From an uncultured delta proteobacterium (GTDB lineage Bacteria > Desulfobacterota > WTBG01), in contig CAWCBP010000008.1 of NCBI GenBank assembly GCA_963793865.1, positions 96,001 to 160,000 of the forward strand: 64,000 bases of DNA, read 5' to 3'. Made by a program: the position numbers and the translations under genes. Position 1 is the first letter of the stretch. Every line of letters starts with the position of its first letter. The notes beneath the pieces were generated by a model. It saw only the letters and a list, made by a program, of their open reading frames with translations, was not told the DNA's origin and made no database searches. This document shows positions 19,918 to 29,582 of this stretch, in pieces.

Positions 19918-21621
19918 ATGACCGTAAAAACCATAAAACCGTTGAGCGAAATAATAATCGAATCAGGGAAAGTGAGCAGGGAGAAACTGGAGAAGGTGAT
20001 GGCAACCCCCTCTCCGACTGCGGAAGGCTTGGGCCAGCGCCTGGTAAATCTGGGCCTAATCTCTGAGACAGCGCTTCTGGAACTTATGGGTGAATATTTA
20101 GATATTCCCGTCATTTCTTTGAAAGAATTTACCCACCAGACCGTCATGCCGGAAAGCCTCTCGGAAAAATTTATGAGGCAATATCGGTTTGTTCCCCTCA
20201 CGATCGAGAATAACGTCCTGACTATCGCGGTGAGCGATCCCTACGACATTTATACCTGCGACGCGGTGAGAATGGCCACCAACTGTGAGGTCAAGGTCAA
20301 TCTCGCCCGGGAGGAGGAGATCCTGGACGCCGTGGGCAAGCTCTTTAACACCGACAGTTCCTCCATGGGCAGAATCATCGAGGATATCGGCAAGGATACG
20401 GATGAAGTGTCCATCGATGATGAGGGAGACGTTGATCACCTGAAGGATCTCGCGTCTGAAGCGCCGGTCATCCGTCTGGTAAATCTGCTCATCACCCGGG
20501 CCATCGAGCTTCGGGCCAGCGATATTCACTGGGAGCCGTTCGAGGGGGACTTTAAGGTGCGCTATCGCATCGACGGCGTTCTCCAGGACGTGGAGGCCCC
20601 TCCCAAGCGGCTTCAGGCGGCGGTCATTTCCAGGATAAAAATCATGGCCAAATTGAATATAGCGGAGAGGCGTCTTCCCCAGGACGGGCGCATCAAGCTG
20701 CGGGTTTTGGGAAAGGAGATCGATTTTCGTGTCTCCACGTTGCCCACCATGTACGGCGAGAGCGTGGTCTTGAGAATCCTGGACCGTGAGGCTGTCATCC
20801 TTAATTTGGAGCGGCTTGGTTTTCCCGAGTATGATCTGCAAAAGTTTAGAGACTTAATCATCAGGCCCTATGGTATCATCCTGGTGACCGGCCCTACCGG
20901 GAGCGGCAAGACAACCACCCTGTATGCGGCTTTAAGCGAAATCAATTCCCCGGAGAAAAAGATTATTACGGTAGAAGATCCCATAGAATATCAGCTAGGA
21001 GGCGTCAACCAGGTCCAGGTTAAATCCACTATTGGATTGAGTTTTGCGAATATCCTGCGATCCATACTGCGACAGGACCCTGACATTATTATGATCGGTG
21101 AGATTCGTGATGCTGAAACGGCGGAGATTGCCATTCATGCGGCCCTGACCGGTCATCTTGTTTTCAGCACCCTGCATACCAATGACGCGGCAGGTGCGGT
21201 AACCAGGCTGCTGGAGATGGGAATGGAAAACTACCTGATTTCGTCCAGCATGCTGGGAATAATGGCGCAGCGTCTGGTGAGGATCATATGCCCCGAGTGC
21301 AAGGAACCATACACGCCCGAGATCGGTGTTCTCGAGGAGCTTGAGGTCGACAAGCAGGAGGCACGGGGGCAAACGGTTTTCAAGGGCAGAGGATGTGAGA
21401 AGTGCGCCGGAACGGGATTCCGGGGCCGGCAGGGCATTTATGAACTGCTGCCGATTAATGACGATATCCGGGAGCTGATCCTGGAAAAATCCCCTTCCAA
21501 CGTAATAAAAGATAAAGGCAGATCGATTGGCATGAAGACCCTGCGGGAAGCGGGATGGGACAAGGTGCGGAGGGGAATCAGCACCGTCTCGGAGGTGCTG
21601 CGGGTGACGCAGGTGGAATAG
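19918..21621 (+). CDS. gspE: Type II secretion ATPase
   Basis: ASDIH.EP, IAERRLPQDGRI, GPTGSGKTTT, LRQDPD..MIGEIRD, TGHLVFSTLHTN, CxxC pairs. Confidence 0.95.
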   Translation: MTVKTIKPLSEIIIESGKVSREKLEKVMATPSPTAEGLGQRLVNLGLISETALLELMGEYLDIPVISLKEFTHQTVMPESLSEKFMRQYRFVPLTIENNVLTIAVSDPYDIYTCDAVRMATNCEVKVNLAREEEILDAVGKLFNTDSSSMGRIIEDIGKDTDEVSIDDEGDVDHLKDLASEAPVIRLVNLLITRAIELRASDIHWEPFEGDFKVRYRIDGVLQDVEAPPKRLQAAVISRIKIMAKLNIAERRLPQDGRIKLRVLGKEIDFRVSTLPTMYGESVVLRILDREAVILNLERLGFPEYDLQKFRDLIIRPYGIILVTGPTGSGKTTTLYAALSEINSPEKKIITVEDPIEYQLGGVNQVQVKSTIGLSFANILRSILRQDPDIIMIGEIRDAETAEIAIHAALTGHLVFSTLHTNDAAGAVTRLLEMGMENYLISSSMLGIMAQRLVRIICPECKEPYTPEIGVLEELEVDKQEARGQTVFKGRGCEKCAGTGFRGRQGIYELLPINDDIRELILEKSPSNVIKDKGRSIGMKTLREAGWDKVRRGISTVSEVLRVTQVE

Positions 21622-21662
21622 GAGGAGCAGAAGTAAGGAGTCAGAAGTCGAGAATAAACCCG

Positions 21663-21712
21663 GTAGGAGCGGCTTTCGGCCGCGAATACATCGCACATGA
21701 ATGTGCTCCTAC
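21663..21712. repeat. GTAG-type REP doublet (family 1)
   Basis: GTAGGAGCGGCTTTCGGCCGCGAAT...GCTCCTAC. Confidence 0.8.
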
Positions 21713-21856
21713 CAGAATCGAAATAAGGCAGGGGTTTGGAATATTATAAATTCGGATTAAGGATGTGCCGGATGTCTGGTGTTGCACATTGGTTTCGTTC
21801 CTCACCTGCATCATGCATCATGTATCCTGCATCATTAACTAAAAGAGGCTCCCACA

Positions 21857-23077
21857 GTGCCGGAATTTGCCTACAAGGCCACGGACAGCACGGGTAAGAT
21901 CGTTGAGGGGTTGATGGACGCCCCCGGGAAGCAGGGTGTCATCAGCAAGCTGCAGTCCCTCGGGTACATTCCCATAAAGATCGACCACCCCGGCAGGGCG
22001 CGAAGTTTTTCGCTCAACATTGACCTGTTCGCCTTCTTTAAAAGGGTTTCTTCGCGGGACATCATGACCTTCACCCAGCAGCTCTCCACCCTGCTTTCCG
22101 CGGGGTTGCCCCTCGATAAAAGCCTTTCAATCGTGGCTGAGTTGACTGACAAGGGCGAGCTGAAGAGGGTTGTCACCGATGTGCTGAACGGTATCCAGGG
22201 AGGCATGTCATTTGCCGATGCCCTGGGCAGGCATCCCAGGGTTTTTTCTAAATTATACGTGAACATGATACGGGCAGGCGAAGCGGGGGGTGTGCTGGAG
22301 CTGATTCTGGAACGTCTGGTCGATTTCCTGGAAAGCTCCCAGGAGCTGAAAGAGTACATTACCTCCTCGATGATCTATCCCATTCTGCTTACCGGCGTGT
22401 GCGGACTTACCATCGTGCTGCTTTTGACCTTCATCATACCCAAGTTTTCCGCCATGTTTGAAGACGTGGGGAAAGGGGTACCCGCGTCGGCCCAGCTGCT
22501 GATGGGAGCAAGCGAGGCGATTAAGAGCTATTGGTGGGTGGCCCTGGGACTGATTGCCGCCGCTGTGTACGGATTCAGGAAATTTCTTGCCACCGAAAAG
22601 GGAAGGGTGCAATGGGACGCGTTTAAGCTGAAGCTGATTATGGTGAAGACGCTGGTGCAGAAAATCGAGGTGGCCCGTTTTTCCCGGACCCTGGGAACGC
22701 TCATGAAGAGCGGCGTTCCCATTCTGCAGTCAATCAACATTGTGAAGGAAACCATCAGCAACGTGATAATTGCCGGCTCCCTGACCGGTATCCACGAGGG
22801 CATCAAGCAGGGGAAAGGCATCTCGGGTCCCCTGAAAAATGCCCGCACCTTTCCCGCCCTTGCCATCCACATGATCACCGTGGGTGAAGAGACGGGGAGG
22901 CTGGATGAGATGCTGCTCAAGGTGGCCGACACCTACGACCAGGATGTGCGCAATGCCATAAAGCGCCTGATATCACTGCTTGAGCCCTGCCTCATTCTGT
23001 TTATGGCATTCGTGGTGGGCGCAATCGTTATCACCATGCTGCTGGCCATTATCAGTGTCAATGATATTAAATTTTAA
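21857..23077 (+). CDS. gspF: Type II secretion inner-membrane platform protein
   Basis: FTQQLSTLLSAGLPL, MIRAGEAGGVL, YP, ARFSRTLGTL, VGEETGRL, LEP. Confidence 0.95.
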   Translation: MPEFAYKATDSTGKIVEGLMDAPGKQGVISKLQSLGYIPIKIDHPGRARSFSLNIDLFAFFKRVSSRDIMTFTQQLSTLLSAGLPLDKSLSIVAELTDKGELKRVVTDVLNGIQGGMSFADALGRHPRVFSKLYVNMIRAGEAGGVLELILERLVDFLESSQELKEYITSSMIYPILLTGVCGLTIVLLLTFIIPKFSAMFEDVGKGVPASAQLLMGASEAIKSYWWVALGLIAAAVYGFRKFLATEKGRVQWDAFKLKLIMVKTLVQKIEVARFSRTLGTLMKSGVPILQSINIVKETISNVIIAGSLTGIHEGIKQGKGISGPLKNARTFPALAIHMITVGEETGRLDEMLLKVADTYDQDVRNAIKRLISLLEPCLILFMAFVVGAIVITMLLAIISVNDIKF

Positions 23078-23106
23078 TGCCCAATCTTTAAAGACAGGAG
23101 GCTGTC

Positions 23107-23550
23107 ATGAAAGAGCAGGAGAGAAAAAACCATATGCGGACAGCGGGTTTTACCCTGATCGAGCTGCTGGTAGTGCTGGTGATCATCGGGCTGCTCGGCG
23201 CGATTGTTGCTCCCCGGTTTATTGGAAAGGGTGAAAAGGCAAAGCCTCAGATTGCCAGGCAGCAGATAGAGTTGCTGGGCACGGCGCTGGACACCTATAA
23301 ACTCGATATCGGGAACTATCCGGAAAGCCTTAATCTGCTCATCGAGACCGGCCAGGAGGAAATGAGCAAGTGGGATGGCCCCTACCTGGCAAAGAAGGTC
23401 ATTCCCAAGGATCCCTGGGGCCGTGAATACGTCTATAAGTATCCCGGCGAAAACAGCGAGTACGACCTGACCTCGTATGGCAAAGACGGGGAAGAAGGAG
23501 GGGAAGGGCTCAACCGGGATATCAACAGCTGGGAAGTGGATGAGCAATAG
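23107..23550 (+). CDS. gspG: Major pseudopilin
   Basis: GFTLIELLVVLVIIGLL, ALDTYKLDIGNYP, WDGPYL, PKDPWG, SYGKDG. Confidence 0.95.
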   Translation: MKEQERKNHMRTAGFTLIELLVVLVIIGLLGAIVAPRFIGKGEKAKPQIARQQIELLGTALDTYKLDIGNYPESLNLLIETGQEEMSKWDGPYLAKKVIPKDPWGREYVYKYPGENSEYDLTSYGKDGEEGGEGLNRDINSWEVDEQ

Positions 23551-23601
23551 CATCACCTTCAAGCACACGTCGGGAAGGTGCCGGTTGTTCATGAGAATGC
23601 T

Positions 23602-24183
23602 ATGGTTACCGGGAGTTTCAAACTGAAATACAGGTCTCAGACGGGGTTCACCCTCATCGAGCTGATTCTCGTCCTGGTCATAGCGGGATTCATCATCTCC
23701 CTGGTCGCTCCTGCCATTACCTCAACCACCGGGCTGCATCTCAGAACCGCGGCCAAGAGGGTTGCCGCCGGCCTGCGCTATGCCCGGAGCCAGGCGGTTA
23801 CCACGGGCAGCGTCTACCAGATTGTGTTTGACATTGATGAGAACGAGATGATCATCGAGCGTATCGTGGAGGAGGATCCCTACGCTTTGCAAACCGGGGG
23901 AAGCCGGTGGGGGGAAGAAGAGGAGGTTGATGAAGAAGGAAGCGAGGGCGCCGGCGGCATGAATTATGAAAAGAAAACCTACCGCCTCCCCAAGGGCGTC
24001 ACCATAGCCAGTGTGGTCACTGATGGAGAAGAGATTGACCAGGGGGAGGCTCTGATAGAGTTTTATCCCAACGGAAGCTGCTCGGGTGGTGATGTTTTTT
24101 TGATGGACAGCAAGGAGCGGGTCTTCCGGGTGGCGCTGGAATTTATAACCGGCATCGTGACCATCGGGGAAGAGGAAACGTAG
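23602..24183 (+). CDS. gspH: Minor pseudopilin H (start uncertain)
   Basis: GFTLIEL, LRYARSQAV, FYPNGSCSGG, ITG. Confidence 0.85.
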   Translation: MVTGSFKLKYRSQTGFTLIELILVLVIAGFIISLVAPAITSTTGLHLRTAAKRVAAGLRYARSQAVTTGSVYQIVFDIDENEMIIERIVEEDPYALQTGGSRWGEEEEVDEEGSEGAGGMNYEKKTYRLPKGVTIASVVTDGEEIDQGEALIEFYPNGSCSGGDVFLMDSKERVFRVALEFITGIVTIGEEET

Positions 24184-24239
24184 GAGCGAGAGGCGATGTG
24201 GGATGTGGGATGTGCGATCTGCGATAAAGAATAACCCCG

Positions 24240-24270
24240 GTAGGAGCGGCTTTAGCCGCGAATGTATTGC
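24240..24270. repeat. GTAG-type REP (family 1) among 7/8-mer tandem repeats
   Basis: GTAGGAGCGGCTTTAGCCGCGAAT; flanked by GATGTGG/GATGTGC and ACTCCATC-type repeats. Confidence 0.7.
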
Positions 24271-24380
24271 TATGCGTGATGTGCGATATGGGATGCAAAG
24301 CAGAAAACCGCCATCCAGTACTCCATCACTCCAATGCTCCATCACTCCAGCACTGTCACACGGCAGGAGTCAGTATCCAT

Positions 24381-24818
24381 ATGAAATCATCCGCTGACAA
24401 GGGCTTTACCCTCCTGGAGATTCTTCTGGCCATTGCCATCCTGGGGGTGGCGGTCACCGTGATCATGCAGCAGTTCTCAGCCGGCCTGCGCATAGCCAGG
24501 ACTTCAAAGACCTATACCACCGCAACCATTTACGCCAAGCAGATGCTGGAAGAGTACCTCCTCGCTGAGGAGATGGAGGAAGGGGAGGCGTCCGGAACCT
24601 TCGATGACGGCTTTACCTGGAATGTGAGCATAGCGCCCTACGAGGATTATATGGAGGATGAGGGCGCAACCGAGGAACAGCAGGAACTCTATGAATACCT
24701 TCCCCTGGAAATGTTCCGAGTCGAGTCGGTTGTCTCCTGGATGGAGGGCGGCAGGGAAAAGAGCGTGGCCCTGGCTACGCTGAAGACGGTCAAAAAGACG
24801 GAAGAAGACACGATGTAA
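24381..24818 (+). CDS. gspI: Minor pseudopilin I
   Basis: GFTLLEILLAIAILG, final LATLK strand; AGGAG upstream; operon position. Confidence 0.85.
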   Translation: MKSSADKGFTLLEILLAIAILGVAVTVIMQQFSAGLRIARTSKTYTTATIYAKQMLEEYLLAEEMEEGEASGTFDDGFTWNVSIAPYEDYMEDEGATEEQQELYEYLPLEMFRVESVVSWMEGGREKSVALATLKTVKKTEEDTM

Positions 24819-24819
24819 T

Positions 24820-25770
24820 ATGATGCCCAAAAAGATGTGTGCCTTCACTAACCGGCTCCGGAAATGGTTGGGGTGCGGTAAGAACCGCCAAACGGGGTTT
24901 ACCCTGCTTGAGCTCATTCTCTCCATCGCCATCCTTTCAGCGGTTCTGGTGACCATTTATGCCACCCTGAGCATGGGTTCTCGGACCTGGGAGAAGGGCG
25001 AACGCGATATCGAAAAGGTGCAGCGGATGCGGGTGACCATGGATCTGCTGAGCAGGGAAATCAAGTCAACCTACCCCTACAGGGTAACGCCGGGAGAACT
25101 TGACACGCACAAGGAGTTTTATGCGTTCGACGGAAAAAAAGATTATCTGAGCTTTGTTTCATGCATTCCGCTGTCCGGGGGCACCGGCAGGCTGTCCTGG
25201 CTGACGCTCTGGGTTGAGGAGGGAGAAGGCCTGGTGGTGGTGGAGCGCGATGCCCTGCGCTCTGACATTTTTGAGGAGCGTGAAGCCATGGACAAGGATG
25301 AAATGGTGGCTCTTGACGCGAACGTCATCGATATCCGGTTTGAATACTACCGCGCCGATGAGGGCGATACGGAAGAAGCCGCGGAGGAGGAGACCGCCTG
25401 GGAGGAAAAGTGGGATGCCGAGGAGGAGGGAGAGCTGCCGCAGGCCGTCAGCGTGGCCGTGACCTTTCGGGAGGAGGCGACCAGGGAGGGAGCTGATGAT
25501 GAAGTGTACACCCGCGAGCTGGTCATCCCGCTTATGATAGCGGCCGCTGACCGGAGCAGCGGCGGCAGGGAAATGGCAGCCACCGCTCCTGAAGGCATGC
25601 TGGGGGAGGATATGGGCATGGCGCCGGGAAGTGCGTCCGGCGGGAGTTTTGCTGATTCCGGGAGGGCTGAAACAGGCGGCGGTAAAACCAGCGACAGCAG
25701 CAGCGCGAGAAGCTGGGGCAAAAAAGGGGGGTTGAGCGGCAATAAGAAATCGGGCCGGCAGTCTAAATGA
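24820..25770 (+). CDS. gspJ: Minor pseudopilin J with acidic and low-complexity C-terminal region
   Basis: GFTLLELILSIAIL, FEY, W..KWD, LPQAVSVAV. Confidence 0.85.
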   Translation: MMPKKMCAFTNRLRKWLGCGKNRQTGFTLLELILSIAILSAVLVTIYATLSMGSRTWEKGERDIEKVQRMRVTMDLLSREIKSTYPYRVTPGELDTHKEFYAFDGKKDYLSFVSCIPLSGGTGRLSWLTLWVEEGEGLVVVERDALRSDIFEEREAMDKDEMVALDANVIDIRFEYYRADEGDTEEAAEEETAWEEKWDAEEEGELPQAVSVAVTFREEATREGADDEVYTRELVIPLMIAAADRSSGGREMAATAPEGMLGEDMGMAPGSASGGSFADSGRAETGGGKTSDSSSARSWGKKGGLSGNKKSGRQSK

Positions 25771-26945
25771 GCCACATTGAAGCGTGCAGAATGCCGATAC
25801 AGGAATACTCAAAAATGAACAACGAGAGGGGGATCGCCCTGGTGCTGGTGCTGTGGGTGCTGATGCTCCTGTTCATCATCGTGTTTGAGTTCTGCTCCAC
25901 CATGAGAATAGAAGCGACCATCACCAAAAACTTCAAGGAGGGCGAGCGCTCGTATTATTTTGCCCAGGCGGGCATAAACCGGGCCATCATCGAGCTGGTT
26001 AAAGCCAAAAGCGATGTGAAAAAGTTTCAAGAGGGCAAGGAAACGCTGGTTGACAAGGAGGACCGCCGCGAGAGCGACAGGTATGAGGAAGACGAGGAAG
26101 AGCCGGAGGAGTGGGTGCCCCGCGAGCAGCCCTATGCGTTTCCCTTTGAAGACGGTGAGTGCGAAGTGACCATCGGAGACGAGGGGAGCAAGATCAATCT
26201 GAACTGGATTGCCGCCAGGGCCAAGAGTGACCGGCAGGTGCTTGCCGATATCCTTGAAAGAAGCTGCGGGCTCTATGACGTGGAGCGTGACACCATCGTT
26301 GATTCCATTATTGACTGGGTGGACAAGGACCAGGAACACCTCATGAGCGGCGCTGAGGATGAGTATTATGAGTCTCTTGAAGATCCCTATGAATGCCGGG
26401 ACGGTGAGTTCATCATATTGGAGGAGCTGCTCCTGGTCAGGGGTGTGACGGAGGATATTTATTACGGCCGCTTCAAACCCGAGGACGAGGAGGAGACGGG
26501 AAGTAGCCGGTCGCGGCGACGGGGCAGAAGCTCGGTTGCCAGGACGGTTTCCGGCGATGATGTGAGGCAGGCGGGCATGTACCAGGGCCTCGCGGAGGTC
26601 TTTACCGTTTTTTCGAAGGGTACCACGCTTAAGATTAATATTAATGATGCACCCTTCGGCCTGCTCATGAGTTTGCCGGCCATGACTGAAGATATGGCAT
26701 ACGACATCATCGCCATGAGACGTGAGGAGGAATTTGAGGATATACGCGACTCCCGGCTGCTGGAGCTTCCTATTTATGATCAGATAGCCTCCCAGATCAC
26801 CGTGGAGCCCACCAATTTCTACCGCATACGCGCGCGGGGAAGGGTTGCTGACAGTTCCGTGGCGCGGTCCATATCGGCTGTGATTGAAATCGCCCCCCGT
26901 CAGAAAAACAACTATACCATACTCTACTGGCAGGAAGGAGTGTAG
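25767..26945 (+). CDS. gspK: Minor pseudopilin K (start may be 25814)
   Basis: GIALVLVLWVL, DEGSKINLN, DSIIDWVDKD, GAEDEYY, EELLLVRG, ININDA. Confidence 0.9.
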   Translation: MSHIEACRMPIQEYSKMNNERGIALVLVLWVLMLLFIIVFEFCSTMRIEATITKNFKEGERSYYFAQAGINRAIIELVKAKSDVKKFQEGKETLVDKEDRRESDRYEEDEEEPEEWVPREQPYAFPFEDGECEVTIGDEGSKINLNWIAARAKSDRQVLADILERSCGLYDVERDTIVDSIIDWVDKDQEHLMSGAEDEYYESLEDPYECRDGEFIILEELLLVRGVTEDIYYGRFKPEDEEETGSSRSRRRGRSSVARTVSGDDVRQAGMYQGLAEVFTVFSKGTTLKININDAPFGLLMSLPAMTEDMAYDIIAMRREEEFEDIRDSRLLELPIYDQIASQITVEPTNFYRIRARGRVADSSVARSISAVIEIAPRQKNNYTILYWQEGV

Positions 26946-26956
26946 GACCTGATGAT

Positions 26957-28612
26957 ATGGATAGCATAGGCTTGCTGTTAAATGAAAACCGGCTGTTGAT
27001 GGTCCTGTTGCGCAAAGATTTCAGAAGTGACGCCTTTCTGCACAGCTGCCGCATGGTGGCATTGCGCGACGTCAAGCCGGAGGACCGGGATGACATCATC
27101 CTGAGCAACATCGAGGGATTCATCGATCAGACCAAAAGCGACCGCGACAACCTCTTCCTGGGCATACCGGGCAGCAAGGTGATCTTCAAGAGGCTTACCC
27201 TGCCGGCCCCGACTGAAGAAAACCTCAGGGAAGTGCTTGGCTATGAAATGGACCGCTACACACCGTTTGCCCTGGAGGACGTCTACTTTGATTATAAGGT
27301 AGTGGGGCGCGATGAAGCGCATGAAAGCATTCAGGTTTTGCTGATGGTGGTGAAGAGGGAGGTGATTGATTACTACCTCACCCTGCTGCGCCGCATAAAC
27401 GTGAAGACAAGGTGCGTTGAGGTTCTGTCCACGGCGCTCTATAATCTCGATGCTCATGAAACAGCGGCTGAGATCGGCGGCGCGGAAGCCGGCTCCTGGG
27501 TTTTCCGGGGCGCGAAGTGGCTGCGGGCGCAGGGATGGGGGAAGGGCCTGGCGGCATACCTTGACCGCTATCTGAAAAAGAGTGAATCGAAAAAGGCGGC
27601 TTCAGACGAAGGAATCAAATACCTTCTCACCGTTGAGGAAGAGGGCTGCGAATTGGGCGTGGTGCGAAACAGCGCCTTTGCCTATTCGCGCTCGTTCCGG
27701 GTATCACCCGCACCAGATGCCGCTGACGGGCGGGCGGCCGCAGAGGATCTGGCAGGCCAAATACGTGCCGCCATGGAAACGACCAGGCTGGGCCTGGGCG
27801 ATGATCACGCGGTTTCCTCCCGGGTCATCATTTCAGGAAGCCGGGCGGACGCTGACCTGTCGGCCTGCCTCAGCGCGCAGGGGATGGGTGATGTTCACTT
27901 GCTGGACGCCCTGACGATGAGCATACTGGCCGATGACGCCCGGGACAAGGTGCCCTGCCTGTCACCGGCTGTGGGATTAGCCCTGAAAGGGCTGAACGGT
28001 GTTGCGCTTGACGTTAATTTCATTCCCCAGGAGCTGCGGCCGAAGAAAAAAAAGAACTGGAGCCTGATCGCGGGGGTGCTGCTGCTTGGCCTGGTGTTCC
28101 TCGGCGTTTCTTCCTATGCCATTTCATTTTTTGTCAAGGAACGGTTTTATCTTGCGGAATTAACCGAGCGGGTTGATGCCCTGAAAGGGCGGGTCGGTGA
28201 AGTGGAGAAGATGAAGGAAGAGATTGCGGTGATTGAGAAGAAGATAGAATCGGTGGAAAAGATCAAGGGGGGTGAGATCAGCAAGCTGGAGCTGCTGCGG
28301 GAACTGACGGAAATAGTCCCCGGGGATATGTGGCTGACCCGTTTTTCCTGCACGGAGCAGAAGGGGAGGCGTGAGGTTGATCTTTCCGGCTTCGCCAATG
28401 CCGCTTCTGAAATCATTCCCATCCTGGAGAAGTCGAAGTATTTTGAGGACGTCAAATTTAAATCCTCGATTGTCAAAGACCGCAGCACGGAAAAGGAAAA
28501 ATTTAACGTCACTGCTGCAGTAACCAGGGAACAGGAGGCTGCGCCGCCGGCAAGCAGTCCCGCAGCTGAACCACGCAAGCAAAATAATGTCAAAAATGTC
28601 AAACAGCAGTAA
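26957..28612 (+). CDS. gspL: GspL (actin-like PilM-type domain + TM + PilN-type domain)
   Basis: LPAPTEENLREVLGYEMDRYTPF..DVYFDY, AVGLAL, VNFIPQELRP, TM, LRELTEIVP..MWLT. Confidence 0.85.
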   Translation: MDSIGLLLNENRLLMVLLRKDFRSDAFLHSCRMVALRDVKPEDRDDIILSNIEGFIDQTKSDRDNLFLGIPGSKVIFKRLTLPAPTEENLREVLGYEMDRYTPFALEDVYFDYKVVGRDEAHESIQVLLMVVKREVIDYYLTLLRRINVKTRCVEVLSTALYNLDAHETAAEIGGAEAGSWVFRGAKWLRAQGWGKGLAAYLDRYLKKSESKKAASDEGIKYLLTVEEEGCELGVVRNSAFAYSRSFRVSPAPDAADGRAAAEDLAGQIRAAMETTRLGLGDDHAVSSRVIISGSRADADLSACLSAQGMGDVHLLDALTMSILADDARDKVPCLSPAVGLALKGLNGVALDVNFIPQELRPKKKKNWSLIAGVLLLGLVFLGVSSYAISFFVKERFYLAELTERVDALKGRVGEVEKMKEEIAVIEKKIESVEKIKGGEISKLELLRELTEIVPGDMWLTRFSCTEQKGRREVDLSGFANAASEIIPILEKSKYFEDVKFKSSIVKDRSTEKEKFNVTAAVTREQEAAPPASSPAAEPRKQNNVKNVKQQ

Positions 28613-28623
28613 AGGAGTCCCCG

Positions 28624-29199
28624 GTGAATTTATCAAAGCGGGATAAAAGGTTTTTAACCGTAGGCGCCGCGGCGCTCCTGCTCTTTCTGGTTGTTAACTA
28701 CATCATCGTACCCTTCATTGAGAGCGAGGGCGAGATCCGGGACGGCACCGAGCAGAAGGAAGTCACGCTCGAGAAATTTGAAAAAATAATAGCGGGTCGG
28801 GCCGAGGTTGAAAAGCAGCTTGCCCAGGTCAAAAAAAAGCAGTCGCAGCTTAATGCGAAGCTCCTCACCGGCAGCACGCCGTCTCTGGCGGCGGCCGAGA
28901 TGCAGAAGATGCTGGAGAAGATCTCCGCCGCCCACGACCTGGAGTTGAAAAGCGTCAAGGTGCAGGACGGGGAAAAACAGGGTGACCTGCTCACCATTCC
29001 CCTGGAGATTCGGCTGCAAACCGACCTGGACAGAACGAGAAAGTTTCTGGCCGACATCGAGAAAAACCAGAAGTATCTCGTCGTGCCCTCGCTGAAAATC
29101 AGCGTCCAGAACCAGAGGGATCCCAAGGAAGTTATCGTCACCATGGTGGTCACGGGCTTCTTCATGAAAGAGGAGGCGGTGAAGGAAGGGAAGGGGTAA
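28624..29199 (+). CDS. gspM: GspM
   Basis: LSKRDKRFL + TM, coiled coil, SLAAAEMQ, FLADIE; operon position. Confidence 0.8.
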   Translation: MNLSKRDKRFLTVGAAALLLFLVVNYIIVPFIESEGEIRDGTEQKEVTLEKFEKIIAGRAEVEKQLAQVKKKQSQLNAKLLTGSTPSLAAAEMQKMLEKISAAHDLELKSVKVQDGEKQGDLLTIPLEIRLQTDLDRTRKFLADIEKNQKYLVVPSLKISVQNQRDPKEVIVTMVVTGFFMKEEAVKEGKG

Positions 29200-29369
29200 C
29201 GAGCTGCCCGGGTCATCCCTGCAACAATATCGTTTTGATTTTTGCAAGCTTTGTAGTATGAAATTGTGTCGTCGGTGTATTCCTCGAACTGTCGCAATTG
29301 GTTCCTGCGTCTGATGGAGCCATTGCGGGCGGGTGCGGCAACCCGGTTTTTTTAAAATAGTCTTCTGCG

Positions 29370-29522
29370 CAGTCTTATCCAAAAACGAGATTGCCGCGAT
29401 TCGCTCGCAATGACAAAATAAAGGGAGATGCGCCAATCGGGTCATTGCGAGGAGCATAAGCGACGAAGCAATCTCATCAAAAAAGTCTAATAAAATTATA
29501 ATGCAATTATCTTGTCTTGGAC
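29370..29522. repeat. ~155-bp RPE-like palindromic element, copy 2 (inverted)
   Basis: Reverse complement aligns along its length with 16569-16723. Confidence 0.8.
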
Positions 29523-29582
29523 ACTCATGTCTTCTGAACAACTCGTGACATATATCCGGCGAGGGCGGAAAAGGGGTAAGCT

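Noticed and set aside
24184..24360. CRISPR array
   Set aside because: Only degenerate 7/8-mer repeats and one REP; no repeat-spacer periodicity or cas genes.
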